NCBI GenBank assembly: GCA_012295275.1
Contig: CM022678.1
Location: forward strand, 4,092,001-4,156,000
Direction of reading: 5' to 3'
DNA from: Chrysomallon squamiferum
Taxonomy: Eukaryota; Animalia; Mollusca
Length of the DNA: 64,000 nt
Shown here one piece after another: positions 37,645 to 50,137 of the stretch. Every line of letters starts with the position of its first letter. Position 1 is the stretch's first letter. The notes beneath the pieces are model-generated. The model saw only the letters and a list, made by a program, of their open reading frames with translations, searched no databases and had not been told where the DNA came from. The translations under genes were made by a program, and so were the position numbers.

Positions 37645-39197
37645 TGTATGTATGTATGTATGTATGTATGTATGTATGTATGTATGTATGTATGTATGTA
37701 TGTATGTGTGTGTATGTATGTATTAATGTATTATGGTTTGCAAATTACCGATAATATCAATACCAGATATTCTCAATACCGGTTTTCACGGGGTTTATTT
37801 AGTTTGTGCATAGGAAAATATACTTATGAGGCTTTTGTGGACACTGTTTTCTCTTATACATACTCATTTTGTTTATTATATGACACTCATCTGACAACAT
37901 TATTCATTATCTTCCTTTTCTTACCTGTCTTCAGAAAAAATATATGTATGTATGTATGTATGTATGTCTATATGCATTAGTTAATTAAAGTTATCACGTA
38001 TATAAAATATGTAAAAGAAGTTCTAAACCAGTCAAGGAAAATAACGTTAATTCAAATTTTGTAAAATGATTCTATTTTGTATCTACTAATATATTAAAAC
38101 ACATTTGATTTTTTTTATTATTATTATAACAGTTCCTGCAGTAAATGAAAATGAAAAAAACAGGAGCCAATCCCTTATCACCAGTCGACAAAATGGCGTA
38201 CGATGGCACACACGTCAGCAGTAAAACAGGTAAACGTGGAACATTAAACAGACGAGCATCGAACTCGCATTTGAAGGCACGCTAGCAACACCCGAGTAAC
38301 TAACGTTATCTTATGTTAATAACTAACATATCTCTCAACATAACTCGTTAAAATTTAGAAAACCCGTATTGGTGCTTCGGTAACGGTATTACCCATCAAT
38401 TACTAAAACCGGTATTTACCGGTATTTAAATGTAAGTATGTATGTATGTGTGTATTTGAATGTATGCATGTGTGTATATGTAAGTATGTATGTATGTGTC
38501 AATGTATGTATGCATGTATGTCTCTATGCATTAGTTAATTAACGGTATAACGTATATAAAATATGTAAAAAAAAGTTCTGAACCACTCAAGTAAAACAAC
38601 GTTCATTCAGATTTTGTAAAATTAGTGTATTTTGTATCTACTAATATACTAAAACACATTTAACTGAGGAGGGGCTATATCTCACGTCGCCCGCTTTTCG
38701 AAAATGTTTGCCCATACCTGTTCTAAACAAGCGTTCAGCTAAGCAATCAACAGTAATCAAATATTCTTTCATGTTTCATCTTTTGTTTTTCTATCTCCAT
38801 GGTACAGTGACATCAGTGCAAATTTATCGAAGTGTGTTTAATACTGGCTTTTATATTTTGTATCTGTGACTCGAAGGCATTCTCAGGTTTGAATTTGGAC
38901 TGGTAACTGCTGTCCTGTGTTTGATTAAAAAACGGTAACTCTTTTTTTCTTTTTTCATTTTTCTGATCTTGTTTATTTATTTTGTTTCAAAAATTATTTA
39001 TCTGTTACAAGTTATATAATTATGTATGCAGTATCTACCTATATACGTACCTTTATATTTATTTATTTATTATATCATCATCACTGTCATAATCATTATT
39101 ATCGTTATCACAATCATTATTAATTTTGTTAAATTAACACTATAGATTTATGTTCACTTACTTAATTTTGCAGATAGAAGTTATTGTTTCCATCAGA

Positions 39198-40381
39198 ATG
39201 GGGGATTTAGGTAAGTGATGATTACTGATTACATTGCAGCAATGACGTAAATCTAATAACTTTTTTCAGTGTGATATATATACATTTTTCTTTATTGTAA
39301 CAAAGTAGTATGATATTAAAAGTTACAGTAGTAATTTACATTAATTTTCCTTTATGTAACAATGAAGTAGGAGCTGAAAAAATTACAGTAGTAATTCATA
39401 CCAATATTCGTTTATGTAACTTTGTAATATGATCTTAAAACATTATCATAGTAATTTATACTAATTTTCTTTTATGTAACAAAGTAGTATGATCTTAAAA
39501 CATTACAGTAATAATTTATACTAATTTTCGTTTATGTAACAAAATAGTATGATCTCAAAACATTACAGTAGTAATGTATACTAATTTTCGTTCATTTAAC
39601 AAAGTAGTAGGATCTTAAAACATTAGAGTAGTAATTTATACTAATTTTCGTTCATGTAACTAAATAATATGATGTTAGAACATTGCAGTAGTAATTTATA
39701 CTAATTTTCGTTTATTTAACAAAGTAATATGATCTTAATACATTACAGTAGTAAAATATATAACAATTTTCGTTTATGTAACAAAGTAGTATAATCTTAA
39801 AACATTACAGTAGTAATTTATACTAATTTTCGTTTATGTAACTAAGTAATATGATCTTAAAACATTACAGTAGTCATGTATACCAATTTAGTTTATGTAA
39901 CAAAGTAGTATGATCTTCAAACATTGTAGTAGTAGTAGTAGTAGTAGAACTAGCCCTAATAGTTTAACTAGCAGTAGCAGTGGTAGTAGAAGCAGCAATA
40001 GAAGTCAAAAGTAGAAAATTGAGTAGTATTGTCTTTCTTTTCTGTACTGATTTAGTTGCTCTATTTTAGTAATAACAGTCAATCTTGGCACATTACTTGG
40101 TGGAATACTTGGAGGTCTGGTGTCTCTTATACTGATACTACTGGCTATAATTTTCCGGGAGGAACTGAAAAAGTTATTTTCTAAGTCGGGGTCTGTGAAG
40201 CCTGTTGCTGATGTGTATGTAAAAACATTTCAAAACTTTAACCCATTTTATCGTTGAATCATTAACAGTAGAGAACCCTTTAGTAGATGTAAATATTTTC
40301 GGACTCTTACATTTGCTTCGCTAAAGACACACATACGTGTGTGTGTGTTTGTGTGTTTGTGTGTGTGTGTGTGTATATTTA

Positions 40382-40461
<80 letters not shown>

Positions 40462-40519
40462 TACATACATACATTCCTACTCAGAGATATGTGTATATGT
40501 ATGTATATATCTAAATCTA

Positions 40520-40550
<31 letters not shown>

Positions 40551-40731
40551 ATATATATATATATATATATGTGTGTATGTGTATTTATATCGTTGTTCTT
40601 TTGTCTGGTTTTTTAGTATAGGCTCTCAGATCTCATTAGACAAACACAAACAGGAGGCCGCAAATGAAGTTTTCAAATTTTGTTGTAACTGTTTCCAGAA
40701 GATACCTGATGCTATTGAACAGGAAGATTAA
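39198..40731 (+). CDS. Gene F: ~90 aa single-pass membrane microprotein, paralog of E
   Basis: Coding exons 39198-39210, 40070-40214, 40617-40731; GT-AG, phases 1 and 2. [93 protein letters not shown] in agaATGG context conserved with E; upstream exon donor at 38935. Confidence 0.78.
39285..39925. repeat. ~60-bp minisatellite, ~10-11 copies, in gene F intron
   Basis: Reverse complement of the 8855-9320 unit. Confidence 0.93.
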
Positions 40732-43640
40732 TCCAAAAGAAAATTGTCTTGGGTAGTAGACAACCATGATGGATCTAGAAATGCCTAGGAGGAACATCTT
40801 TCATTCACTACTTGTTACTACTGCCGAATTAGTTCTAAGAACAATTCTTTTTTCTTTTTTTTTGTACGAATAAATTCATACAACAAAAGTTCTCTCTTTT
40901 TATCTTCATTTCAATAACCAAAAAAATGTCTTTAGATCTGGAAAGAGAGAGAAAAACCTTCTGGAAATATTTCGATAAAGTCTCTTAACACAACAGAGCC
41001 TTTTCAAAACCATATCAATGTAAAAATAGCAATATTTCCTCTTTTTAACGGTTTGGAGATACAAGTTTAAGAGCAACCAACAGGTCATGTGCATTTTAAT
41101 TACGCATACTGATATATTTATAAATGTGTATTTATTTAATGTATACACGTATCTCTGTACTGTAATCCTACAGTTTGTGAGAAGGACGTCGTTATCTGAT
41201 AGACATTACAACAAATCGTGTTTTCTCTCGAACCACTCGTGAAGTCGTGGATATTAAATCCGATTCACTCCCGAATCAGAAATCGACTGAAGAAGCCGAT
41301 TCTCCGCAACCAGAACCTAGTCAGTTCTGTTTATAGGTTCTTGTTTTTGATCAAAATGATCTTTTTTTTTTTTTTTTTTTTTTTTCATAAGTTTTTGATT
41401 TGACAACACAAAGCTATTGTTCAAGCTGGTAAATCCTTGTTGAAATGAAATCAGAGCCGGTTACTTATACATTGTCTGACTATGCCTCCACATTTGTTAA
41501 TAAATCATTAAAGTTATTTAGGCACATCACTCACTGGCAGAATGTCACTTACAGACTGTGTGCTGGGGGCTTTCAGTAGAAAATCTGAGAAGGTTTTAAG
41601 CAGTTTATTTAATTCTGATACCCGAAAAAGCGAAAAACGTACGGTCACGTGACTTCAGTTTTTCAAGTGTTGTTGTGATTCAAAAATAGCCTTCTCATTT
41701 GTTATTGTTTAATCAGTAGTCTTTTTTTTTTTTTTTTCTGACGCAGTATTTGAACTAATGATGAACTGAGTGTGATTAACTAGTTACAGTGTGAAAAATT
41801 AAGATGGTTATGTTTTACTTTCACTGAAATCGAGGTTTAAAAATCTACAGTTATGATCAGGAGTGAACCTTGTATTTACCCAATAGACAGAAGAAAAAAA
41901 ACTGAAGCACTGCCAAACAGCCTAATTTCTGTATAGTTAGAGAATTCACTAAGACGTTTACAGTAACTCACCACAGAGATGATTTTTAATATGACAAACA
42001 AGGTCACGCCTCTGTTAACTTTAACAATAACTTTTTTTATCTTTACACCATAATCAACGATATATAATATTTCAAAGCAGTGGCTTGAAAGCTGTACGTA
42101 AATGAGTATAAAATATATGTAATGCATTTTTAGTTAGTTAACGGTAAATGAACCAACTGTGTTTGGGAAAGATTTCTTACCTTGTGACAGACAAACAGTT
42201 AATTCTAGAACAGGAGGCTGATTCAGATGTGTTTGCAGCTCACACTGCAGTGTAATCTGAGGATGAGATGGAGGATCAGATTTCAGCTTATTATATGAAC
42301 AATGTAGTATTAATGAATAAGAGATTTAAGAACTTATTTTTTCCTGTTCGTGAGGAATGTGTTTGTAAAATAATATGTAAAATAGGCTTTCTACCATGTG
42401 GCTTTATGGCTAGTTTGAACACATAGATTTAATTAACCAGAATTTCTGATCATCAAAACACAATATGTTTTCATAATTTGACGCGTTCGAAATATCTAAT
42501 CATCCAGTGATATCATTCGGAATATTTGATTGTCAAATGATCAGTGTATGTGATCATCTGAGGACAGTGTCAGAACCTGCACTTTTCATTGTCTGTTTTC
42601 AGACATTCAAATTATCAGTGTTTATTTTCAGAATATCTGATTGACATACAGAACATTGAAATACAGGCTTTCATGAATAAACGATGAATGAACATATTTA
42701 ATATACGTAATTATTAAATAATTAAATACATAAAAAAAAAAAAAGTTAATGAGATAATTAAATTCAGGAAATGTGCCAGTGTAATAAATAGGCGTTTGTT
42801 ATACTCGAAAAAAAATTAGCTTTAGAAAAAAAGAGAGAGAAAAAAAAAAAAAAAAAAGAAGAAAATATCTGGATTTGGATTATGATGTCACCATGTGATT
42901 ACATTCAGAAAACGTGATTATCAAAGAACACATTTAGAATGCGTAAATAAATTCAGTAACGTGATTTAGCTTCAGTGACTAATGGTTATATATATATAAA
43001 ATATATATATAATGACTATTAATGATTGCATTCACAATACGTGATTTTGAAGGAACTATATTGAACAAATAAAATAAAAATAAAAGTAAAAAAATAAAAA
43101 GATCATCAGTGAAAATTAAGGAAATGTAAATTTTAAGTGAATGTCGGCTCGATTCATTAAAAACAAAACGTGTTGTCGGCTCAAGACTTCATTAAAATTA
43201 ACAAAACGTGACCGTCAACTTTTTATCAATAAAACAAGATTAACATTGATAATGATCACAAAAAATCTTCTCTCAAAATAAATGATTTTCTCCCTTGTCA
43301 CTTTCCTTTATAATAATATAGCTCTCTCTTAAAAAAACAATAATTTAAAAAAAAAAAATAAAAAATAAATAATTAAAAAAAATAAATTTGAAATAAACAA
43401 TTTGATAATAATAACAACAAGAACAACAACAATAATAATAATAATAATAATTAGAGAAGATAAAATTAAAACAAAAAGTACAATGAAATCAGTTTGATTC
43501 TTGTCTATATATTAATCTGGAATAGTTGAGGACACTATTCTAGCAACAAGTGAAGATAATTAGGTAACTTCAGATCATTGAATAGAAAAGAGTTGTCTCC
43601 CTTAGTTATCTTCTCGTAGTTATTATTTTATCTTTTTACA

Positions 43641-43706
<66 letters not shown>

Positions 43707-43779
43707 TTTTATTGTTACAATTCTTCCGTTCAAGTAGTAGTAGTAGTAGTAGTAATAATAATAATAATATATATATATA

Positions 43780-43900
<121 letters not shown>

Positions 43901-44924
43901 ATGCACATGCACACACTAATAATTATAATTCATATTCTCCTAGATTAAATAATTCTATAGACAAACTAGATCAGTTAATGGAATTAGATGATGTTGATAG
44001 CAGCAGCAACAACAAACAAAACAAAACAATAAAAGAAAATAAGAAAAAAAAAAAAAAAAAAAAAAACCTAATAAAACAATAACCCAAAACATATACAGCC
44101 CGAGAAACCCCCTACTTCAAAAAAAAAACAAAAAAAAAAAAAACAAGAAACAAACGAAAAAAAAAGAAAAAATAAAAATAATAATTACAATAATGAAGTG
44201 ATTAAATAAATCCAGTAATTAATGAAATTTTCAGGGTTTATTTTTCAGATTCTTTAAATATAGTAAAAAACAACAAAAAGAAACAAACAAACAAAAAAAC
44301 AACAAAAAAAAAAACATATCTGTTATTTACAATAAAATACATGAACGGACAAAAAATTTAGACTGTGAAACAGAGAATAAACCTATTTGTTCAAATAAGT
44401 TTTAAAATGTATTTAACAATTCAGGTGTTCTAGTTTTTTAATGAAAAAAATTAAAAGTCTTAAATAATTTTAGTAATTTATAACAATATATAAATTTTTT
44501 TTAATAAGTAAGTTTTGTTCGCTAAATCAATCAATAAATAAAAATCTTATTTATACATTTTTTTTCATTTTCTCGTTATTTCAAAATCATTTTCTAAAAT
44601 ATTCATGTCCCTCTTTAAAAGCACAGAAATGTCAATTCTTTTTTTATATCCTCCATAAAGGTCAAGAACAACAGGTTTTGTTTTCAAAAAAAGAACAAAA
44701 AACAAACAAAAAAACTACACAAGAACAACAAAAAAAGAAAAGAAAAAAAGAAATCTGTCTGTCTATAGCTGAAGGTAAATTAAAGCAACTATATACAAAA
44801 TTCATAATGTTACAGATTATCATCATCAACATCAACTACTTTGGGTACATTTTGCTCTGTGAAACCCTTGTCGTTCTAACTCGAAACGTTTCTGTTATTT
44901 TTCACTTTTCTCTGGAAGATGTTT

Positions 44925-45064
44925 CATTTTCAGGAACCAATTCTGTTCATTACTCACTGGTTTTCCTCTGTATGTGAGTGGAAAAATAAGATCAAATATG
45001 GAGACATTTGAAAACTGAAAAAATATCAAATCACAGATTACTGTTCAGCAATATCCAGCAGATC
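44925..45064 (-). repeat. Fragment of SRCR-gene terminal exon end and 3' UTR
   Basis: Same-orientation match to ~12503-12638 (ttcaggaaccaattctgttcatt..atgtgagtgga..atggagacatttgaa..ccagcagatc). Confidence 0.8.
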
Positions 45065-45630
45065 TCAAATTGTTCGATTTTCTAGTAAATCGATTGTAAT
45101 TAAAAACAGTAACAACAACAACGACAAAAGAAGAAAAGAAAAGAAAAAAGAAAGAAAAGAAATAAACGTATCTATTATTTACCTATATGTTAAAATACAT
45201 GAAAACAGCGTAACTAAAATATTATTTAGTATCCTAAACAGCAGAATAAACATCTTAAAATAATTCCAAAATTAAATCTAAATATTAATATTTATTTATG
45301 ACGATGATGATCATGATTATAATGATAATATAAATAATGAAGTAAAAATAGATAAAAGTAAAAAGCAAATAAATAAATAATACACAAGTAAGAAAATAAG
45401 TCAGTAAAGAAAGAAACAAACAAAAAAAGAAAAAGAAATAAACAAAATAATGAAAGTAAAAAGTAATAAGTAAGTCAGTAAGTAAATAAATAAATGGATC
45501 AATCAATCATTCAATCAATCAATCAATCAATAAATAAAACATTTTAGTTTTCATTTTCTAACATTATTTTCTAAATCATTCTTCTAAACTTGGATGCGCA
45601 TTGATCCCTGCTTTATAGCACAGTCTCTGG

Positions 45631-45940
45631 TTAATGATTTCTTGGAATTCTTCTTCTATTTATATCCTCCAAAAGGTCAAGGACGGTTTTGTTTTTCTTT
45701 AACATGTCTACCTGAGCTACAGACATAACTTGTCGGCAAACTGGACAGACAATTTTAGAACCTGATAAAGAGCGATCTAAACAACCAACACAAAATGTGT
45801 GTTGACAGTTTAGTAACCGTGGATACCGTGAACTGCTCTGATTAGTTTGGTATTTTTCAGAGCAGACCCTGCAGCTTAAAATGTCTTTTTCCAAAGTCTG
45901 CACTGGTATGTAACCACGAACTGGATGGACTCTGCTTGGT
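45631..45940 (-). CDS. Gene G terminal exon: C3HC4 RING finger (probable E3 ubiquitin ligase domain)
   Basis: Acceptor ctcttttcag, phase 2; CRVC..YPRLLNCQHTFCVGCL..IVCPVCR..LKKN with all 8 zinc ligands; TRIM/RNF152-like PxxLxCxHTFC signature; TAA at 45631-45633. Confidence 0.9.
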
Positions 45941-46098
45941 CTGAAAAGAGAGAGAGAAAAACAGTGTGTAAAACTGTCCTATCAATGGTGGTCATATTAA
46001 TATATAAAGAGGGGTGAAAAAATATTTATATTATTGTCTCGAATTTAACATGTTTATTTTCATTTTATTTATTAATTTTTAATTAATTTATATATTTT

Positions 46099-46157
<59 letters not shown>

Positions 46158-46312
46158 TTTTATTATTATTATTATTTATTACTATTATTATTATTATTAT
46201 TGTGATTGTTGGTATTATTACTATCATTATTATTATTATTATAATTATTTTTTGGTTGGTATTATTACTATTATTATTATTACTGATGTTGTTGTTGTTG
46301 TTATTATTATTA

Positions 46313-46379
<67 letters not shown>

Positions 46380-46382
46380 TAC

Positions 46383-46545
46383 CTCAATAGTGCAGTAGAA
46401 CCACAACATCTACTAAACGCTTCTTTGAGACGGCGACGATGTCGTATAGTGATCACTACAACGACGATGAAGATCAAAATGTCAAACACTATTCCAAGTA
46501 TCATGCCAGTCTTATTTTCAAAATGTCAGTGAGTTTGTAATGAAT
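46383..46545 (-). CDS. Gene G transmembrane exon (in-frame TGA near its 5' end; open from ATG 46504)
   Basis: (D)SLQTH*HFENKTGMILGIVFDILIFIVVVVITIRHRRRLKEAFSRCCGSTALL(R); donor gtaaat, phase 2, joins RING exon in frame. Confidence 0.75.
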
Positions 46546-47018
46546 CTGTATTACTGTGTTCACTGCACGTGTACATTAGACAAATCAATTTAAGAGGCTT
46601 TCAATCATAGCAAAAGTTAAGACAAAAAATCATCAGTGTTAGTATTACTATTTTAATTATTATAATTTCATTCACATGCATAGTCAGGGGAGTCAGGGGA
46701 GGATGAAGACAAGGAACAAAGACACGTTATTTCAGCTCAAGAACCGAAACATGTTTTCTGATGCTGGAATAAACTTTCCAGAATTGTTAAGAAACATCAT
46801 CCTGGTGTTGCTGCTGTAGAAACGGGCCTTAATATCTTTATAGACACAGCGATGGCCCAGTTTTAGAAGGCCCAGAAATCAAGTTTTAATTAATGTTAAT
46901 ATTGCTTTTGTTATTATTAATGTCATCGTCATCGTCATCGTTCTCATTATTATCATTATTATTATTATTATCGTCATCATCATCATTATTATTATTATTA
47001 TTATTTTTTAAAGATTAC

Positions 47019-47983
47019 CTGGAATTGCTTTGAATGATAAAATGAATCTGCTGTTATCGGAATAGGGAAGGTACGTTATTAACATATAATTGCCGCTGCT
47101 ATTAACAGACCTTCTATAACAATTATAACTCATTGATGTAAGAAGTGTGTTTGTTGTGGAATTTCCTCTTTTACCGTTATACTTCGTTATTAGTTAAGAC
47201 TACTCAACAACATATTAAAAATGTACTGTACGTTAAACGTGTTTATATATATATTAGTAATGATAATCAATAAATAAATAAATAATAATAAAAACAAATT
47301 CTATGTAAAATGTATACCACTCGGTAATACATACGTGTTCTTAAGATTAAAGTTATTTTTAACACGATTATAACTGTTGTTTGTTTAACCTCAAACTGAC
47401 AAGTAAATGAACTGTTTGATGTTCACCTTCCGTACATAACAGCAACCATTCAACAAACTGACGTGTTAATATGGAACAACTTACCGTCGTAGAAGTTAAG
47501 TTCTCTGTGACATATTATGTAGAACTGGTTTTTCGCAAACAAATAAAGGCGTTCCTTTCAGCGTCAACAGCTGCCAAGTCTATTCACATAATTAAAAAAG
47601 GGCATAGAAAATTCTGAAAAGTGTAAAACTTTAGAAGTACAAGTAGAGTTATGAATTTTCAAAGATTACATTCTTCGCCATGTGCTCCGTCTAGACAGGT
47701 GAATGCATTTCAAACTCCACTTTCACATTTCATTGTAAATGTATTTGAAAAATCTAATACGTTTGCAACACATAGTGACATAAGCCATGATAAAAAGCTT
47801 TTGTCAGAAACAATCTCGCTGAAATCAGCGTACAAAATACACAGGGTTCAACCTTGCATTTACCCAACAGAAAGAACAAAATGTAGGGACTGTCAAACAG
47901 TCTAATCTACATATAGTTAGAGATTAATTCATTAAGACTTTTATAGTAACTTACCACACAGTTCCGTTTGTATGGACGTATCC
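47019..47983 (-). pseudogene. Gene G decayed CUB-like ectodomain exons
   Basis: 47165-47019 open, phase 1-1: (G)NSTTNTLLTSMSYNCYRRSVNSSGNYMLITYLPYSDNSRFILSFKAIP (weak acceptor). 47613-47485 ends ICHRELNFYD-G with gtaagt donor but has stops and frameshifts upstream. Possible exon end 47983-47955 (GYVHTNGTV, gtaagt). Confidence 0.6.
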
Positions 47984-49610
47984 TTTTAGAATGTTTCTAT
48001 ACCCTGTTTTAGTTATGTGAATAGACCTGACACCTGTTGACGCTGAAAGGAACGCCTTTATTTGTTTGCGAAAACCGGTATTGCTAGTCTAACAAACAAG
48101 AGACAAACAAATAAACAAGAACAGAAACAAGCAACCCTACCGTTTTCTATCGAACACAGGACAACAACAATCAGTGCAGATTTGAACACGCTTATGCTTT
48201 TGAGTCAAAAATACAAAATATCAATGTCAGGTTCCACCGAGGAGATAGCTTAACAAAAAATGCAAAAGCTTAGTCTATTTGATTACATATGTTTGTTTGT
48301 TGAACGTCTGTTTAGAACTTCATTTAGATGGTTTATATATGTTATACCGTTAATTAACTAAATAATGTGCTGCAGTTAAAAACATGTTAATAAAATATAA
48401 ATTTAATATTTAATAAACATGTTCGCTCGAACACACACGTACTAACTTTGGGACGTACATTTATATCAACACACACAGATCAGTTGATAATGGAAGATAA
48501 GTCTTTATCAATAGCAGAGAGCGAGGGGTGTGGGTAATGAGACAAGACGTTGTTCTTGTGTAATGACCAGGTCTGTGGCCAGAAAGGTAGCATGAGACCC
48601 AGTGGATATTTATAATTTAACTGATACGTATGTGAGCCATGAAAATGATGTGAATGAGGTTATTAGTAAAATAGGAGATAAGTGAAATGGAGAACTACAT
48701 CTGATGGAAACGCCGAGGGTAAATGAATCAGTTGTGTTTGCGATTTTTACTGTTATATAGCTTTCACTAGCGCTAAGATTCAAAGAGAAAAGCTGAACCT
48801 CCAAAACTTTACATTTCAGATTTTCTAATTCATCCCTTGTAATTGAAATTTATCATGTAGATCTTTTCATTCCGACTAATTTCATATAAAAGTAATTAAG
48901 CTACCAGAATCTTCGGTGATTTCATTTTTTAGAATGTGATTGGTCTTGTTTGGAAGAAGATAAATTATGATAATGGGCTTTTGTCACAGACAATTCGCTT
49001 CAGAATGGAAACTTAAAAATCGAAATTTTACGAAAATTGTAAACAAATATTAATTTTATTTATTTTCATTCTTAATACATATCTATTTGCCTAACAATTT
49101 CTCATTTTATTTTCATTGAAATCAGTGATAAAAATATCTAGTTATACTCATGACTCAACTTTCTATTTCGCCAAGAAAAAAAAAATGGAGGCAGTGTCAA
49201 ACAATCTAACCTACGTCTAGTTAGAGAAGAATTCGCTAAGACTTTTATAGTAACTGAAACTGTAACTGCTTTTTAACATTAGAAACACGGTCTCGTCTGT
49301 GTTAACTTTGACAATAACTTTTCATTTCGAAATTACAATAAACGATATAGGATATTTCAAAGCAATGCTGTTCGCTTTATATTTTAAATGTAACAAATTG
49401 CGTAATGAATTAACGGTATAACATGCATGAAACATGTAAATGAATGTCTAAACAAATGTTACTATGAGAAGTCAAAGGTAAACAAATAATCGGATTTTGC
49501 TGTGAGGTCTTCAACGTGCAGTGTGATATCGTCTGACGAAACTACAAGCTAAACTAAGAAATACGTGTCGTTTTGTTGGTTTTTATATTGTGTCTCAAGG
49601 ACAGAAAATC

Positions 49611-49665
49611 ATGTATGGTTTTTTACTTGGAATAATTTTCACAGCGCTCTATTCGGCCGAAAATG
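49611..49665 (+). CDS. Leader (signal peptide) exon, cassette copy 1
   Basis: MYGFLLGIIFTALYSAEN+G, 55 nt, phase 1, donor gtaatt. Confidence 0.6.
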
Positions 49666-49803
49666 GTAATTTATGTATTTATATATTATTTCTCTTCTAT
49701 ATTTTAAAAATTATTTATTTTCTTTACAGTGAATAGTCTTGGGTGCTTCTCTCTGCCTATCGTCTACGCTTTTATTGTTCTCTCTGTTTACTGCAGTTAG
49801 TTT

Positions 49804-49910
<107 letters not shown>

Positions 49911-50052
49911 GTCTGTCTGTTTTATTTGTTTGTCGCTGCCTGTTTCTATAACACACGCTACTGTTTGTACAAATATATGTATACAACCTTTTTCAATATT
50001 TTATAAATTATTTTTATTGTTTATAGAGAATTGTTTTCGGAGTCCTTTAACG

Positions 50053-50137
<85 letters not shown>

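Noticed and set aside
37735-38432. Possible hAT/MITE insertion with AATACCG/CGGTATT motifs
   Set aside because: Could not define terminal inverted repeats or a target-site duplication
48610-48804. 64-aa ORF repeated three times (MEVQLFSLNLSAS..), also at 51329 and 54593
   Set aside because: Conservation is explained by recent triplication; non-ATG start, no convincing splice donor or domain
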